A DNA stretch of 64,000 nucleotides. It comes from Chlorokybus atmophyticus. Taxonomy: Eukaryota > Plantae > Mesostigma and Chlorokybus algae. This document shows, piece after piece, positions 50,686-64,000 of the stretch. Each line of letters opens with the position of its first letter. Within the stretch, counting starts at the first letter, position 1. The stretch spans positions 864,159-928,158 of the forward strand of contig RHPI01003156.1 of the NCBI GenBank assembly GCA_009103225.1, given 5' to 3'. Made by a program: the position numbers and the translations under genes. The notes beneath the pieces are model-generated. The model worked only from the letters and a program-made list of their open reading frames with translations, did no database searches and was not told the origin of the DNA.

Positions 50686-53600
50686 ATGGCGGCGGCGGGG
50701 GCGGCGGTGTTGTCTGGGGCAGGGGTCTCAGCTTTGATTGCGACGCAGCGAACCATCGGGCTTCGTCCAACTTCAGGCAGCAGCCTGCGCCGGCCGGCAG
50801 ATGCCTCTCCTGTCTCCTTCAGGCGACAGCAGCAGCAGCGTTCGCGCAGGCGACAGCTTGACCGCCTGACTGTGAAGTAAGAGTGAGATCCGCTTCTGCA
50901 TGCAAAGGCTGTCTTAGAGCTGATTCAGGGGTTCTTTGTGGTGCGACTTGCAACAATGCATGCCAGCAGTGAACATCTCCTGCTAGTCTACCTCTCCAAG
51001 TCCCTGTGCTTGGCAGTGCAATCAGTTCTTCTGCATAGCGAGGTTGCATCCAGCACCGTGCACAAGTCGCTCACAGCGCGCCTATCCTCTGTCTTGCTGC
51101 ATGCAATGTTGCTTGTGTGAGCACTGTTGCATGCACGAGGACGTCATCCTCCAGGGTGTCCATATCAACTCATGGATGCTGACAGGGCGCAGGTTGACCC
51201 CAAGGATGTTGGCATTGAGAGTCCCACCGTTGAGCTTCCCACCAGCCCCCCTCCCAAACCCATCACATTCCTCGACACAGTCAGCAAGTAAGTATGATCA
51301 GCAGTGCTTTGCAAGCTCAGAGCAGAGACCCTCTCTTATAACGTTGCATCTATGGGTGATTGACACTCGATTGTTGGAGATGGTTGTTTACAAGTATTCT
51401 TTTCTGCTTGCAGCATGATCGACACGATGCTAAGCAGCGGGGACCAGAGCATGCCTGTTGCAAAAGGCCAGCTTTCTGACCTTGTCGGCAAGCCATTGTT
51501 CTTCTCACTTTACGATTGGTTCCAGCAGGTGAGTGATGATGTGTACCAATGCATGCTGCAAGTGATCTGCATCATCATCATCGTCATCATCCTTACAGTA
51601 TGGCGGAGTGTACAAATTGGCTTTTGGGCCGAAAGCGTTTACAGTCATTTCCGACCCGGTTGTTGCGCGTCACGTACTACGTGAAAACGCCTTCTCATAT
51701 GATAAGGTGTGTGTTTCATCCGAGTTTGCTTTGTTCGTGTCAAGAAAGCTTGCGCTTGGTTGTTGTGGCTGACGCATGCAAGTACTTAGGGTGTGTTGGC
51801 TGAGATCCTGGAACCTATCATGGGCAAAGGCTTGATCCCGGCCGATCTGGAGACATGGAAGGTGCGCCGCAGAGGTATGAAGTTTGGCTATTCAACCACA
51901 TGGTATTAGATAGGCAGCGCGTGCGACTATTGTGTACACCGGCGTCGCATGTACTGTGTGTCAGAAAACTGTATCAGGCAGGAACTGTGGTCATGACTAG
52001 TGCGCTGCTTGCGAGTGCATGATGTTGGCTAACACTGACTTAATTTCTACAGCTGTCGTGCCGGGCTTCCACGCAGCTTACCTTGATGCGATGGTGGCAA
52101 CTTTTAGTCGCTGCGCAGAGCGCACCGCGCAGAAGTTCTCCCAGCTGTTGGAAGGTACACAATGATCTTGACTAGTGCAATGGTCGGAGTGTACATGTTT
52201 GGATCAAATCCTTTCAATGTGTGGCGTTGGCGTGTAGGCCAGAACGAGGTGCTGCTCGACATGGAGTCGGAGTACAGCAGTCTGTCGCTGGACATTATTG
52301 GGCTTGCCGTGTTTAACTACGACTTTGACTCCGTCACTGAGGAGTCTCCCATCATCAAGGCAAGTGGTCAAAGCAGAACTGATGTTGGGTTGGGTCTTAT
52401 ATTAGAGGGAGACTGCAACGCAGTCATTGTGTCATTGCCAACCAACAACAGGCGGTGTATGGCGTGTTGTATGAGGCGGAGCACAGAGCCACCTTCTACT
52501 TCCCTTACTGGAACTTCCCTCCCATGCGGTGGATCGTACCGAGGCAGCGCAAGTTTGCTGCTGACATGAAAATTATTGAAGACTGCCTCGACTCCCTCAT
52601 CGCCCGCGCCCTCGACACGCGTCAGGTCCGTGACAAACAAGGCCTGTCTTGTTGCATGCTGCAGGTGCTCATAAATGCAATACTGTCATGTGATACCATC
52701 ATGCAGTGGCCATGATGCTGAGTTGTTCGGGGCAGGAAGGCGATCTGGAAGCTTTGCAACAGCGCGACTACAGTCGCGTTCAAGACCCGAGCTTGCTGAG
52801 GTTTCTTGTAGACATCAGAGGGGAGTCCTGCGACAACCGGCAGGTCTCTCACCAGCCTGATGCAATATGGTGGAACTTGCCTTTGACTTATGCACAGCTA
52901 TGCACAGTGTGTGTTTACGCGTCACTCATCGTATGCAGTTGCGTGATGACCTTATGACTATGCTCATCGCTGGCCATGAAACGACTGCGGCTGTTTTGAC
53001 ATGGGCAACCTTCCAGCTTGCACAGGTGCTCAGCGACAGTAGATGCCCTTGTGACCGCCAGCCGTTGACACTTGTCTCTAGAAGTACTTGGATGCCATGT
53101 GCAAGCATGTTTTTGTTAAGACTCGGCGCACAATCATGTGGCTCTGTGCCTCCTCAAGTTGATAATTGCCTGCTGACCTATACAACAACACGAGTGTACG
53201 TATGCGACTGTCCAGCATCCTGAGGTGGTGGCAAAGGCACAAGAGGAGATCGACCGCGTGATTGGTGACCGCACACCCACGCTTTCCGACCTGAAAGAGC
53301 TGCAGTAAGCAACACCGCACAATCAACCCCACACGTCAGCAGGCATTGCTCGTATCCTGTGCTGGTACTAAGGTGGACATTATACACACGCGTGGCCATT
53401 TTTGTGTTGCCAGGTACGTGAGGCTTATAGTTGCAGAGGCCCTGCGGTTGTACCCTCAGCCACCGCTGCTCATAAGAAGAGCACTGGAGACGGATAATAT
53501 TCCAGGTGTGCCAATAGCTAACGACTTCTCCAATGGCTTGTACAGGCTGCCCTTAATGCACACCTCTGTGTTGTTGTCACTTATACAAGCGCTGGTTGTA

Positions 53601-54359
53601 GGTGGCCACAAGGGTCCAGCAGAAGGGTATGTCATCTCAAGGGGTGACGACGTCTTCATCTCCGTGTACAACATCAACCGCTCACCTTACCACTGGGATG
53701 AGCCGGACCGCTTCAACCCCGACCGGTTCCTGGAACCCTACAGCAACCCTGAAGTTGAAAACTGGGCCGGTTATCGCCCGGAACTGATGGGCACCTTGTA
53801 CCCGAATGAGGTGAGTTTTGGTGCATTCCTGTGTGACTGCCGACTTTGTATTGTAATGTATTGTAGATGCGCTTTGGCAACGCCAAGCACTTAGCGTGTA
53901 ATCTGAAGTGTAATCATTGACTGTGATTGGTGTGTTTGTATAGACTACGGCAGATTATGCATTCTTGCCATTCGGCGGTGGCCCTCGCAAGTGCGTGGGC
54001 GACCAATTTGCGTTGATGGAGTCCACAGTGGCACTTGCCATGCTTCTTCGCCGTTTCAATGTCGCATTGAGGTACGTGCGCCCTATTCGCGGTGACAGTT
54101 TGGCACTCATGTGGCAGTCAATCTCCGTATCTTGAGTGTGAGCGCATGATGATGTTGGCTCATGTGGCTCTCTGTGCCGCTTGCACTGCTTCATGCTGAA
54201 GATTTATGATGCAGGGGCCGACCAGATGAGGTGGGCATGACGACAGGTGCAACAATACACACGTCCGATGGTTTGTGGTGCCGGGTCACCGAACGGAATC
54301 CTGGCGTACAGTCGACACAGACAAAGCAGACAGGAGAAGCGCTTGCGAGCTCACGATAG
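50686..54359 (+). CDS. CYP97B: Cytochrome P450 CYP97B (carotenoid-pathway P450), multi-exon, with transit-peptide-like N-terminus
   Basis: [87 protein letters not shown], heme motif [26 protein letters not shown]. Confidence 0.93.
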
Positions 54360-55859
54360 CGTATGCCAAGCTCATGTTCAAAAGTTTGATAGATATCCTC
54401 GTATGTAGTTTGGTAGGGGAGCTCAAGCTAGATTTTGTGGGAGGCTGGTCATGTTACTACTTGCGCTGCAGTAATCTCTTTTTGTACCACCTCCGTGCCC
54501 GGCGCATACCCTTCTTAATTTCGCTACAAGTCGGCGTGCATCAGCATACCCCTGTTTCAGGATTATTGATCCTTATGTAGAAAATATGCAATGCTGTGCA
54601 TGTGTGGTAAGGCTGTCAATGAGAAGATCTAAACCACTGTGAAAAGTCATTGTCGTTAACATACTGTGACCTCGTTGCTATTGCAGCGCCATTGCCAATT
54701 TGGTGGCTACCATCTTCTATGCAACATCAAAGCGTCGCTGTTGCGGTGCCTTCGCGGCACCATTGTAATCTTACTGCACACATATTAGCACAATACCTTA
54801 TGCAATTGAATAACGTGCATCAATTGGCTATGATCTAACAAGCGACGATTGCACATGGCCATGCGTCATGTGACGCTGCATGTGTATTGGATGAATGTAT
54901 AATCTATTTATACGTAGGTATGTATCTAATAGTCAAAGCCACCTGTGGCATTTTATACTAGTGGTCAGGTTTTGGGTAGGATGGAAGTGCTAGCAGGCAT
55001 GAGCGGTCTAGGCCTAAGCAGCTTCTTAGTGAAGACGACAAACCTTGGAAAAGCCTCGCCGAGGAATGCTACGATGGCGTGCTGAACGAAGTCGTCCTTG
55101 ACGACGTCACCGTACATCGTCGCGGCCTTTTCAGTCGTACAGCGGCGCTTCAACGAGCGGGTAGGTGCATTGTAGTGAAAGTAGGCATCGGCTGTGTCGG
55201 CAAAGACCCATTGATACTTCAAGCATGAGAAGAATATCATGTACGCGAAAAACCCTAATCTTAGCGGTCTCTTAGTCATAACGGGCCTCCGAGGTGCGTT
55301 TTATGTTATTAGCGACGACGGCTGCAAGTATGATGTAAATGTACATGAATTTTGGCATGTTTATATTCTTTGTTGCAGAGTAAGCCATAGAGGGTATAGC
55401 ATTTACCTTGAAGCGTTCAGCTGCGGACCGAACTCCTTTATACCAGGACTACTTGAAGCTTACACAAGGAGGAGAACTTCTTGCGCGCTTTACACGCAAT
55501 AAAATGGTTCCTCCGGGGCAAAGAAGCACACCGCCGTGCTTGTGCAAAGGGGTGAGCAACATTATTTTGTTGGTAAAAGTCAATGTGCTTTCATGTTCAA
55601 CTTACTTAGCTTGTTTGCATTAAGGATAGCCATCAATTGCGGGATTAAATGCTTGTACAGCATTCTCTCGGTTTTGATGAGATTTACATCATGCTATTAC
55701 CCTGTAAGCCGGCGCGATTAAGCCCACCGCCTTCGCATCATTTGCTGAGAGTCACCTCATTCAGCACCACGTGACATGTAAAACGAATGCGGCCGTCGGA
55801 TCCCCCGTTTTTACAACGGCATCGTCGCGTGATGTTCAGCGCCTTTCATCAGTAGCAGG

Positions 55860-56340
55860 CACATGAGAGAGAGCTTGGCTCCCGCGCATACCCATCCAAG
55901 CGGAGTTGCAGCTGGTAGAGTCCGAGTGTCGCACTGCTATGTGCCACTTGTTGAAGTTGCCGCACTTGTTGCTATTGAAAGTCCGTTTTGGTTCGTATAT
56001 GGAAGGTTTACGCGATGCTGTGGTTGTCATCTCACGGATTGCATGTGGGAGGGTCACAAGACGCACGTGCACGATATTATGCGCGACAATGTGATGCGAG
56101 AGGGGGCATACTCATTGGCCCAAGAGCAGGTCGGCGTGTTGCCTGCTGTGGATGACGGGGGGGATTGGCGCCGTATGGACATCGTGGCTTCTGAGGCAGG
56201 TCGGGATGCACGGCTGCTGATGGACGTCGCGGTCACTCCGTATCACACACTACCAGGAGCTAGCGTTAGTGGAGCAGAGCAAGCCAAGCACGCAAGTACA
56301 GCGTATGCCATCCGACCGACATCTTCAACCCTCTCGCTTT
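55860..56340 (+). pseudogene. Second CRE/NeSL-type non-LTR fragment (Cys/His motif plus restriction-like endonuclease)
   Basis: CCGCHLTDC..HDIMRD..RRMDIVASEAGRDARLLMDVAVT, homologous to the fragment at 37640-37860. Confidence 0.65.
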
Positions 56341-57336
56341 GAAGACGCACAGTTTGAGAGGGGAGCCTGTTGTGGCGATATAGTATCGCCAATACTGTCA
56401 TCAGTGTGCGCGCCAAGCGATGGAGCACTTGGGCTTGGAGGCCCGTAACTTGTCTCGTCAGCGTATGGCCGTGATGTTCTAGCGCGCACACGCCTCCGCG
56501 GTGATGGCACTGGCAGCTTCATCCATCAGGGCGACGAGGACGCATGGGCCCACAACAGCGGGCACGGAAGTTGTTGATATAGCTAAAACGATCTAACATG
56601 ATCTTGTGTAGATAAGTTATTGTGTGCTAGTGTGGTTGCGTAGTTGACTCTAAACTAGGCTATGCCCATGGAATATATGGTGATTTGCCCTACGTAATGG
56701 CATGTATCGCGGTGAATCAATGGTAGATTGATGGTAAAATGGAGTCCAAAAGCGTCCCGCGTCTGTGTCACCACCACCACAATCAGCATGCGATCAAGCC
56801 GCTCTTGCTTATAACTTTTATTGTTTGGAGTACTCCGTACGCCGACCCCAAGCTGGGACATGCCCGTTCTGCAAAGGCCGGACTGTCCGCCCGGAGTTGT
56901 GGTGAATGCTATGCAAATCATGCCACTCTTGCGATTTGCAATCGCGCAAGGCGGCAGCACATTGCCAAAGCTACATCACAGCATGCTGCTGCTAACAGCC
57001 ATACACGAGCTTGACTGCTGGTGGAGTGGCAGCGCACATGCGTGCTACATTCGCGACCAAACAAAGAGGCCATACAAATCGATTCTTGGTCACCTGTGGT
57101 ATCTGTCACATTGGATGGACGTGCCATTTATCTTGATACTCAGCACTACCTGACCTTCTGTTCCGCACAGTTGGTCTGCTATGCGCAAGGCAGGTCAAGC
57201 GAGCTGCAACGTATAAATATACTACCATACAAGAATGATATACGACTTCTACAGATTTATTCATGAAGCTCTCTGCGTGGCTCACCTCGCAAGAGATCAA
57301 TGGCAACAAACAAGTTTCTGGTCACTTACTCCAATG

Positions 57337-60300
57337 CTAGCACACCAACCCAGTTTCGTCAGGCACCATGAGCGTAATGATGCCGTCCGTGAGCGACGCC
57401 TGATTGTAGGACCCGACAACAATCGCGCCATCGGACCGCTGGCAGATAGGCAGCGGGTCATTGAAGCCATCAGCAAGCACCGCAGTGTACCTGATGGCTT
57501 TCCCTGCAGCCGCCAGCTTTACTCGCAAAATGTTGTCGGGAAGGGAGAACTATACACAAACACATCTGTAAGTCCACAACAGCAAAAACATTGTACACAC
57601 AACAAGGACTGCATGCGGAAACAGTACCACACACTGAGCGATGTACAAGTAAAGTACCTGAGTGAACAACAGATCGCCTTTCATTTCGCCACAAAACTTG
57701 TCTGAGGCGTACTCAATAACACCGTTGGCCGACTGGTGCATGCCCAGGTCGAAGAACGGTTGCTGGTAATCGGGGTCGGGGCCGGCGACAGTGCCATAGT
57801 ACACCTGGGTGTTGTTCTGCGCCACGCCGTCCATGAACACGCACTGGTTCTTGGTCGGGTTCGGATGTCCATAGTAGGCCCCCGGCATCACCCTGAAGAT
57901 GTAATCCGGCTGCGGGCCTGGGTCCCGCGGATCCGAAGGCAACTGGTAGGTTACCGTACCAGAGCAAGGCGCCTGTTTCAAGAGCTCAATCAGAGGCTGG
58001 GTGCAACCGTGCCAAGTCACTAGCAAAGTGCTTGAACTGCTAGACCTGCAACTGGTTTGTTACATACCGTGGGTTGGGGAAATGTGGAAGCCAAGCCCAG
58101 ACCATTGCTTGCTGCATAGATTTGGCCGTTGGAGTGGACCACATGGTCGTAAGCATTGCGCATACCGTCCGCGATTTGCTCCACCTTGCATGTGTCTGGG
58201 AGAGTGTTCTGCGCGGTGCCTGTGCTGCCATCAAGCGACGTGGTGCAATTGCCGTGAAGGTTTGGGTCCCAGGCGGGGTTCAGCACGTCCGCGCAAAACA
58301 GCCCGGCGGTCAGCAATTCCTCAGGTCGCTCTCCAAAGTTGTTGGGATAATTGTTTGGTGAGCCCGCACCCGTGTTGCTACCCTGTGTCCAGCACAACCT
58401 ACCATCCGGATGCCACCTGATCGAGTTGGTTGCTGCAGAACAGCACAAAAACACAGCCGTCAGGTCTTTGTGTGCATAAAACCAAACACAGGGACATATG
58501 CAAACGCACCATCAACAAGGCAACATACCGTGATCAGCGAGCGAGCGCGGCAGCCCGTAGATCATGTCCATGCGCGTCTTGAGAGTTGAACCTGATAGCC
58601 GTGAGATGGTGCCGCTTCCTGCTACACCAGGGCTGCTCTTACCTCCTTTTCCAACGGAGTGCGAGACCCACAACGTCAGGTTGCTTGCAGTGGAGTACGG
58701 TTCCACCTGCAGGAAACATCGGCGTTACAGCTAATGGAACCAGCAGTGCACTGGGATGCTTTGCTTCTGGTCCGCTTACATTGTTGTTCTTGTACAGAGA
58801 TGAAACCATGTCAATGTGGTGTGCACAGCCACAACAAAGACTCACCGCTATCCCAAGAGTGAGCTTGTTGACCAGAATTGTGTTGGCAACATCGGTGGTG
58901 ATGTTGCCAGCAGAGTTGAATGCAATCTTGCGTATTCTGCCAGTGTATTCGGCGACGTACAGATAACCATCTGGCCCCCAAGTGCAGCCTGTTGGCGAGT
59001 ACTTCACGGCGCTGTCAGTGCGACGGAACTTCACCTGCATTGAGGCCAGCGCAGGTCAGCACAAGCGGTGGCTTCTCACATGTGCACAATGCGAGGACAG
59101 TACCTTTGTGTTGCTTTGCACTGGAGGTGCAACCTTGGGTAAAGAGTATGCGGTAAAGTCCAAGAACCTGAACACGGTAGGTGTCGCTGTCCTGGCACTC
59201 GTAGCATATATGCCATAGAATGTGGATGTTCCAGCGCGTGGATCAATCGTGGCTGCGTCAAACGACCACAGGTTGTTGCCGGTGGGATACGTTGCGATGG
59301 TCACGTTGCCCCCAGTGTCCTGATTGAGATCGTAAGAGGCCGTGATGGTCTGCGTTACAGGGTCGCACACCAGCTGCAACGTGACATTAAAGTTGGGCGT
59401 TTTGTTTGGAAGCACCACATAGGAGCTGTTGATGATGACGCCACCGTTTTCATAGATAAACTCCACGCGGTACGACTTTGCGGTTGGAGTCACCAAGTCC
59501 AATTTGACATAGTTGTCCTGGTCCGCACCAAAGTGCAACCCAGCTTGTTGGAAGAAGGCACCGTTTGGTGGGTATGCGATTGTCGTGCGTATAACAAGCG
59601 GTGCCTCGAGGGGCGCCACGCCAACACCAAGCTTATTGTCCTGAGAGTTGGTTGATTGATACGCTTGTCCTTGCGTTGTCGTGTAGGAGAGTCCATAGTT
59701 GGTTGGAGTCTGGTCGACAGCCAGGTTCTGAGGGATGTAACCAACGCCATAGCTACTGCCCTCAACAAATGTGAAGCCGAGGCCGAGGCCGTTGGTGTCA
59801 TACACGTTCCCTCCATTGTCTTTGTTGAACGTCCACGAGAACGGTACGGGGATTATCACTTTCGGGCAAGCGCTGGACGGGAACTTTAATGGTGGGCAGG
59901 GATTGGGAGGAGGCGGGGGCGCACTATCTGGCGGGGGAGGTGGAAGTGATGGTGGTGGAGGTGGGGGTGATGGCGACGGTGGGGGTGGTGAAGACGGAAG
60001 TGGTGGCGGAGACGGTGGTGATGAAGGCGGAGGAGACGGCGGTGATGGAGGCGGAGGCGATGGAGGGGATGGTGGAGGCGGAGGCGATAGAGAGGATGGA
60101 GGGGGAGTTGAGGGCGAGGATGGGGGTGGAGGTGGAGGTGGAGGTGGAGGTGGAGGTGGAGGAGGTGGTGGTGGTGGAGGTGCGCTGCTAGCCGAGCTCT
60201 GAAGGGGCAGAGACCGCAAGTTTAGCAGGGTGTTATGCTTTCTGTCGAGTTGTTGCATAAGCGCAATGCCATACTCACCACGGAAGCAACGGAGAACCCG

Positions 60301-61428
60301 CTGAACTGGAAGTCCAACATCGTGTAAAATGCTCCAGCAGTAGATGCAAAAATGCCCACAAAGGTGTTCGTACCAGCTCGTGAGTCGATTGGCGTTGAAC
60401 CCTGCGGCAGGCACATGTCAGCACAGGTGACGAGCCCGCAGCCAGTGCCTATGCTATGCAAAACAATGGGCGTGATGCGTTCATGCAGTTTTGGAATAAA
60501 GAGACTCTCTGCTTCGCCATGCATGCTTCCACATGCAATGTGTAAGCACATCCTACCTTAGAAAACAAGACCGGTGGCACTGGATATGTTCCAATGCTGC
60601 GCGTACTGCCAGATGCGGTTTTGAAGTAGCCAGTTACAGTTGAGGCAACAGGATCGCCTACGAGTTGAAGAAGCACGCTCGTAGTGTCAACGAACCCGGT
60701 AGTGAGGAAGGTGCCATTGACCTTCGTGCCAGCATTCTCTTGGTACCATTCCACACCTGTGACCACCAGGAGTGTGTTAGCTACATGCAGAACACAGGCT
60801 CATGGACAACAGAACTGTTTGCAAAGGTGGCGCGTACCGACATTCTTGTTGTTCGTTACAGCTATCTTGACAAGATTGCTCTGGTCATATGCAATGAATA
60901 TGCCAGCTTGCTCTCCAAGCTGCTGGCCACGCGGGGGACGGACCATAGTCACTTGCACCATGAAGGGTGTTTCGGGTGGCGCTATGCCGACAGCTAGCAT
61001 GTTGGTCTGGTTGTTCTGGGAGTAGATAACCTGGCCAGAGTTCGCTGTGACCGTCAGCGTGCCCTCCGTTTTGTTCACACGCATATCGGATGGCACGTAC
61101 GCATTGGGAAGGTTCTTTTGCTCGACGACATATGTGAACCCAACTTGGGCTCCGGCAGCATCAATTGTCTGCACCCATCAACAGTCAAGGTCAACGTATT
61201 GTCGTGGGGACGTCCAAGAGAGGACTCATCAGTGAGTGCACCAAAGCCACTACAACGCGTGCGTACCTTGCCAGTGACAGCGTTCTTCCAGTTGAGTGTG
61301 TAAGGAGTTGACACAATGACTGGCTTGCAAGTGGTTGCAGGGAAGCGAACTGGTGGGCACTGGGCGGCTACGAGCTGTAGCGCTGATAATCCCAGTACCA
61401 GAAGCGCGAGGCGCCATGACAGCGGCAT
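57337..61428 (-). CDS. Large secreted protein: signal peptide, two related lectin/LamG-like domains, Ser-Pro(n) linker, six-bladed-propeller-like C-terminal region
   Basis: MPLSWRLALLVLGLSALQLVAAQ. Repeat 1 (QAGIFIAYDQSNLVK..IDSRAGTNTFVGIFAS) and repeat 2 (QAGLHFGADQDNYVK..IDPRAGTSTFYGIYAT) flank a poly-Pro linker. The C-terminal region has WGPDGYLYV, GLPRSLADH, HPDGRLCWTQGSNT, GMRNAYD, YYGHPN. Product assignment is inferred. Confidence 0.75.
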
Positions 61429-63656
61429 GCTGCGACAATGACTGGCAATCGGCGACAATGCACACCGCATTAAATGTTTGCCTGTATGTGTCAATGTCAG
61501 AAGCAGCATCTCTAGGTTGAGTATCTCTGCTCATGTGACGACAACAGCTGTCTGCACTGTGCACTGAAGTGGACTAATTGCGTGATCCGCAGCTTGAGTG
61601 CTAGCTTTCAGAATGCAGGCTACAACTACTCACACATACAGAGGTGCAATGCAGCCACACAACACCAAGTCACTAGATCTGTCGCACCAGTGTATGAAGG
61701 ACGACACCTTTCAACATAGCAACGCTTTGGCTACCTCTTCATGCTGTGCTCACACCGACCCAATGCTGGACACCTTTGGGTTGCGTCTAGTCGTACCTAC
61801 TAGTAGTGATTATGATTGGCACGCATAAATTGGCGAGGTAACTTTTGTTGCGATCGCCCATGGAGAACGAATCTGATATGCTTTCCTGCGCTCGGCAATG
61901 CTGCAATGGGGTGCTCGGTCCACTGATAGTGCTTAACTTGACCTAACCCCTAACTAACCTGACGAGACCTGTAATGCGTGCGTGAGTAGTGACCAGTGAC
62001 AGGTTGGTGGGTGCAGATAAACTCTAACCCTGTATGGAGAAGAAGCTGGCGCAGCAAACAAATGCAACAGCAATAGCACTGAGCTGAGGCCCAGATAAGG
62101 CTGCATTTGGGGCTTGGTCTCTTGGAGCTGCGACCCAATGTCACTTCATTCACGCATGCTAGCCTCATTGAGCTGATCTCAGCTGACACTGTTTCGTGCA
62201 TTGCTTGTTGCTCGCAAACATAGCTCGTCGCCAAAAACGGACAGGCAGCTTTGACTCTCTGTTTCAAACTTGGCACTGTAGACAACAGGCAAAGCACCTG
62301 CACAAGCACTGACCTAGCTTAAAGAAGCGTGGCAGAAGTGTTATATATAGATCTCTGGCGTAGGCGTTGCCTGCAGCCGTGGCGACTGCAGCCTTCCATG
62401 ACACGGCGGCGGACCAGCTAGGTAAGGCTCATTGAGCTGCCTACACAGCGATCCTGCCCATCTCCAGCAATGACCCCCGCACCTCGCTAGCCGCCCAAGC
62501 GCGCGCACAGCGCCTAGCACCAGCTAGCCAGTCTGTCACGTCCTCCTCCGCCGCTCTGTCCGCCACCCTCACCACCTTCAACTCAGGGGACATGCACTTG
62601 GTTCTAGCTCACGTTTGCATGTTCCGTCAAAGCCGACAAATTAAGCACAGCACGCTCACTCCGTCTAACTTCAACCGCGAACCCGCGATAATCTCACAAA
62701 GCTTGTCGAACACCGTGTACATTCGCAGTCAACGGAACAACGGCGGCCGAATTGCATGGTTAGATGCGAGGTAAAGCTGCTTTTAACTTGGGCAAAGCAT
62801 CCGAGCAGCGGGGTGGTCAATAAAACATATGACCTTGTGGTGAGCGTCGCTTCAAGACGACTCGCTTGCCAAGCAAGCAGTCTTCGAACCAGGACTAGGG
62901 CGTCCGGTCATTGCTTTCACGGCATCACGTGGTGGTCGGCGCCGATAGCTCTTCTCGCGAGCCGGTAAGCTGGCGGTCGTAATGCAACATGTCATGTTCA
63001 TCCGCTGTTGGGATAACCAGCTGGCTCGGTGGTACCTTGTTGCACATGGTAATAAGAAGACGACGACGTTGCGCTGGGTGGGTGGGTGGGGCCGGTAGCT
63101 ATGATGTTGACCGAAGCTAGCCGCCGTACTACTGTCATGATTGCGTCTTGATTGCACGCGCATGTGTACAATATATATAGGATGCAGAGTGTGCTGTCGT
63201 AACCTGCGTGGCAGTAAGTACGTTCGTATGTAGTATAGTTCCCTTGTAAGGAAGTCTGCCAAGTGTAAATTTAATGGTATGTTATGTCTACTATTTCAAG
63301 CATTATCATAGGGTTAAACTTTGATCAGTCAACTGTTTAGGGATATTTTCCAGATATTAACATGTTCTGAGCAAGGCCCCAATACAACATACGGCATAAT
63401 GGTTGATTGGTCAATACCGTATCCAATTGAATACAACTGGTCGTGTTGTACAGGTAATTACACGTGCATGCATGTGTGTTGCACGGGGTATGGGCTGTAG
63501 TGAAGGTAAATAAGTAGTGAACTTGGACATCCCGGTGGTGAGTATAAGAGTGCGATGGTGTGGTGTGCGGACTGCATGCATGTTTGCTACATTCTCATGC
63601 ATGCCACAATCCTTGCATAATATATTATACAACTCGCCTTTATAAACTTAGCCCCC

Positions 63657-63933
63657 NNNNNNNNNNNNNNNNNNNNNNNNNNNNNNNNNNNNNNNNNNNN
63701 NNNNNNNNNNNNNNNNNNNNNNNNNNNNNNNNNNNNNNNNNNNNNNNNNNNNNNNNNNNNNNNNNNNNNNNNNNNNNNNNNNNNNNNNNNNNNNNNNNNN
63801 NNNNNNNNNNNNNNNNNNNNNNNNNNNNNNNNNNNNNNNNNNNNNNNNNNNNNNNNNNNNNNNNNNNNNNNNNNNNNNNNNNNNNNNNNNNNNNNNNNNN
63901 NNNNNNNNNNNNNNNNNNNNNNNNNNNNNNNNN
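63657..63933. other. Assembly gap
   Basis: Run of N. Confidence 1.
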
Positions 63934-64000
63934 GAGTGGTTTCCCCCTTGCAAACATCAATCCAGAGGTTGTACTGGGGATGCATGCAAATGTAAGAGCT

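Noticed and set aside
54965-55279. 104-aa intronless minus-strand ORF
   Set aside because: No recognisable motif or splice context; could be a transposon fragment or chance.
59771-60202. Gly-rich and Glu/Val-rich plus-strand ORFs
   Set aside because: Antisense shadows of the poly-Pro linker exon.
62330-63300. Possible 5' exons of another gene
   Set aside because: A GC-rich stretch with one donor-like site but no coherent frame before the assembly gap.

Overview
Eukaryotic, intron-rich DNA from a green alga (a CYP97B carotenoid-pathway P450 gene and plant-type CSE1, spinster and RPL13A genes; species not determinable). Host genes: CSE1/exportin-2 (-), spinster-type MFS transporter (+), RPL13A (+), an EHD/dynamin-like GTPase (-), an unassigned membrane protein (-), CYP97B (+), and a large secreted lectin/poly-Pro/beta-propeller protein with bacterial-looking domains (-). 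About 11-35 kb and 37.6-42.6 kb are nested transposon clusters. The main observation is a 10.3-kb Ty3/Gypsy-like retrotransposon (19063-29397, -) with a DDE integrase, TG..CA termini and a 4-bp TSD but no conventional LTR pair. Its repeats are split as A-internal-B-GC-A-B, with the two element ends pre-joined internally in a near-palindromic CA-GC-TG junction. The polyprotein also carries a Dnmt3-like C-terminal remnant before RT and a PHD finger after integrase. A divergent sister copy in the same window conserves both ends of the B segment. All calls were made by eye; no searches were run.
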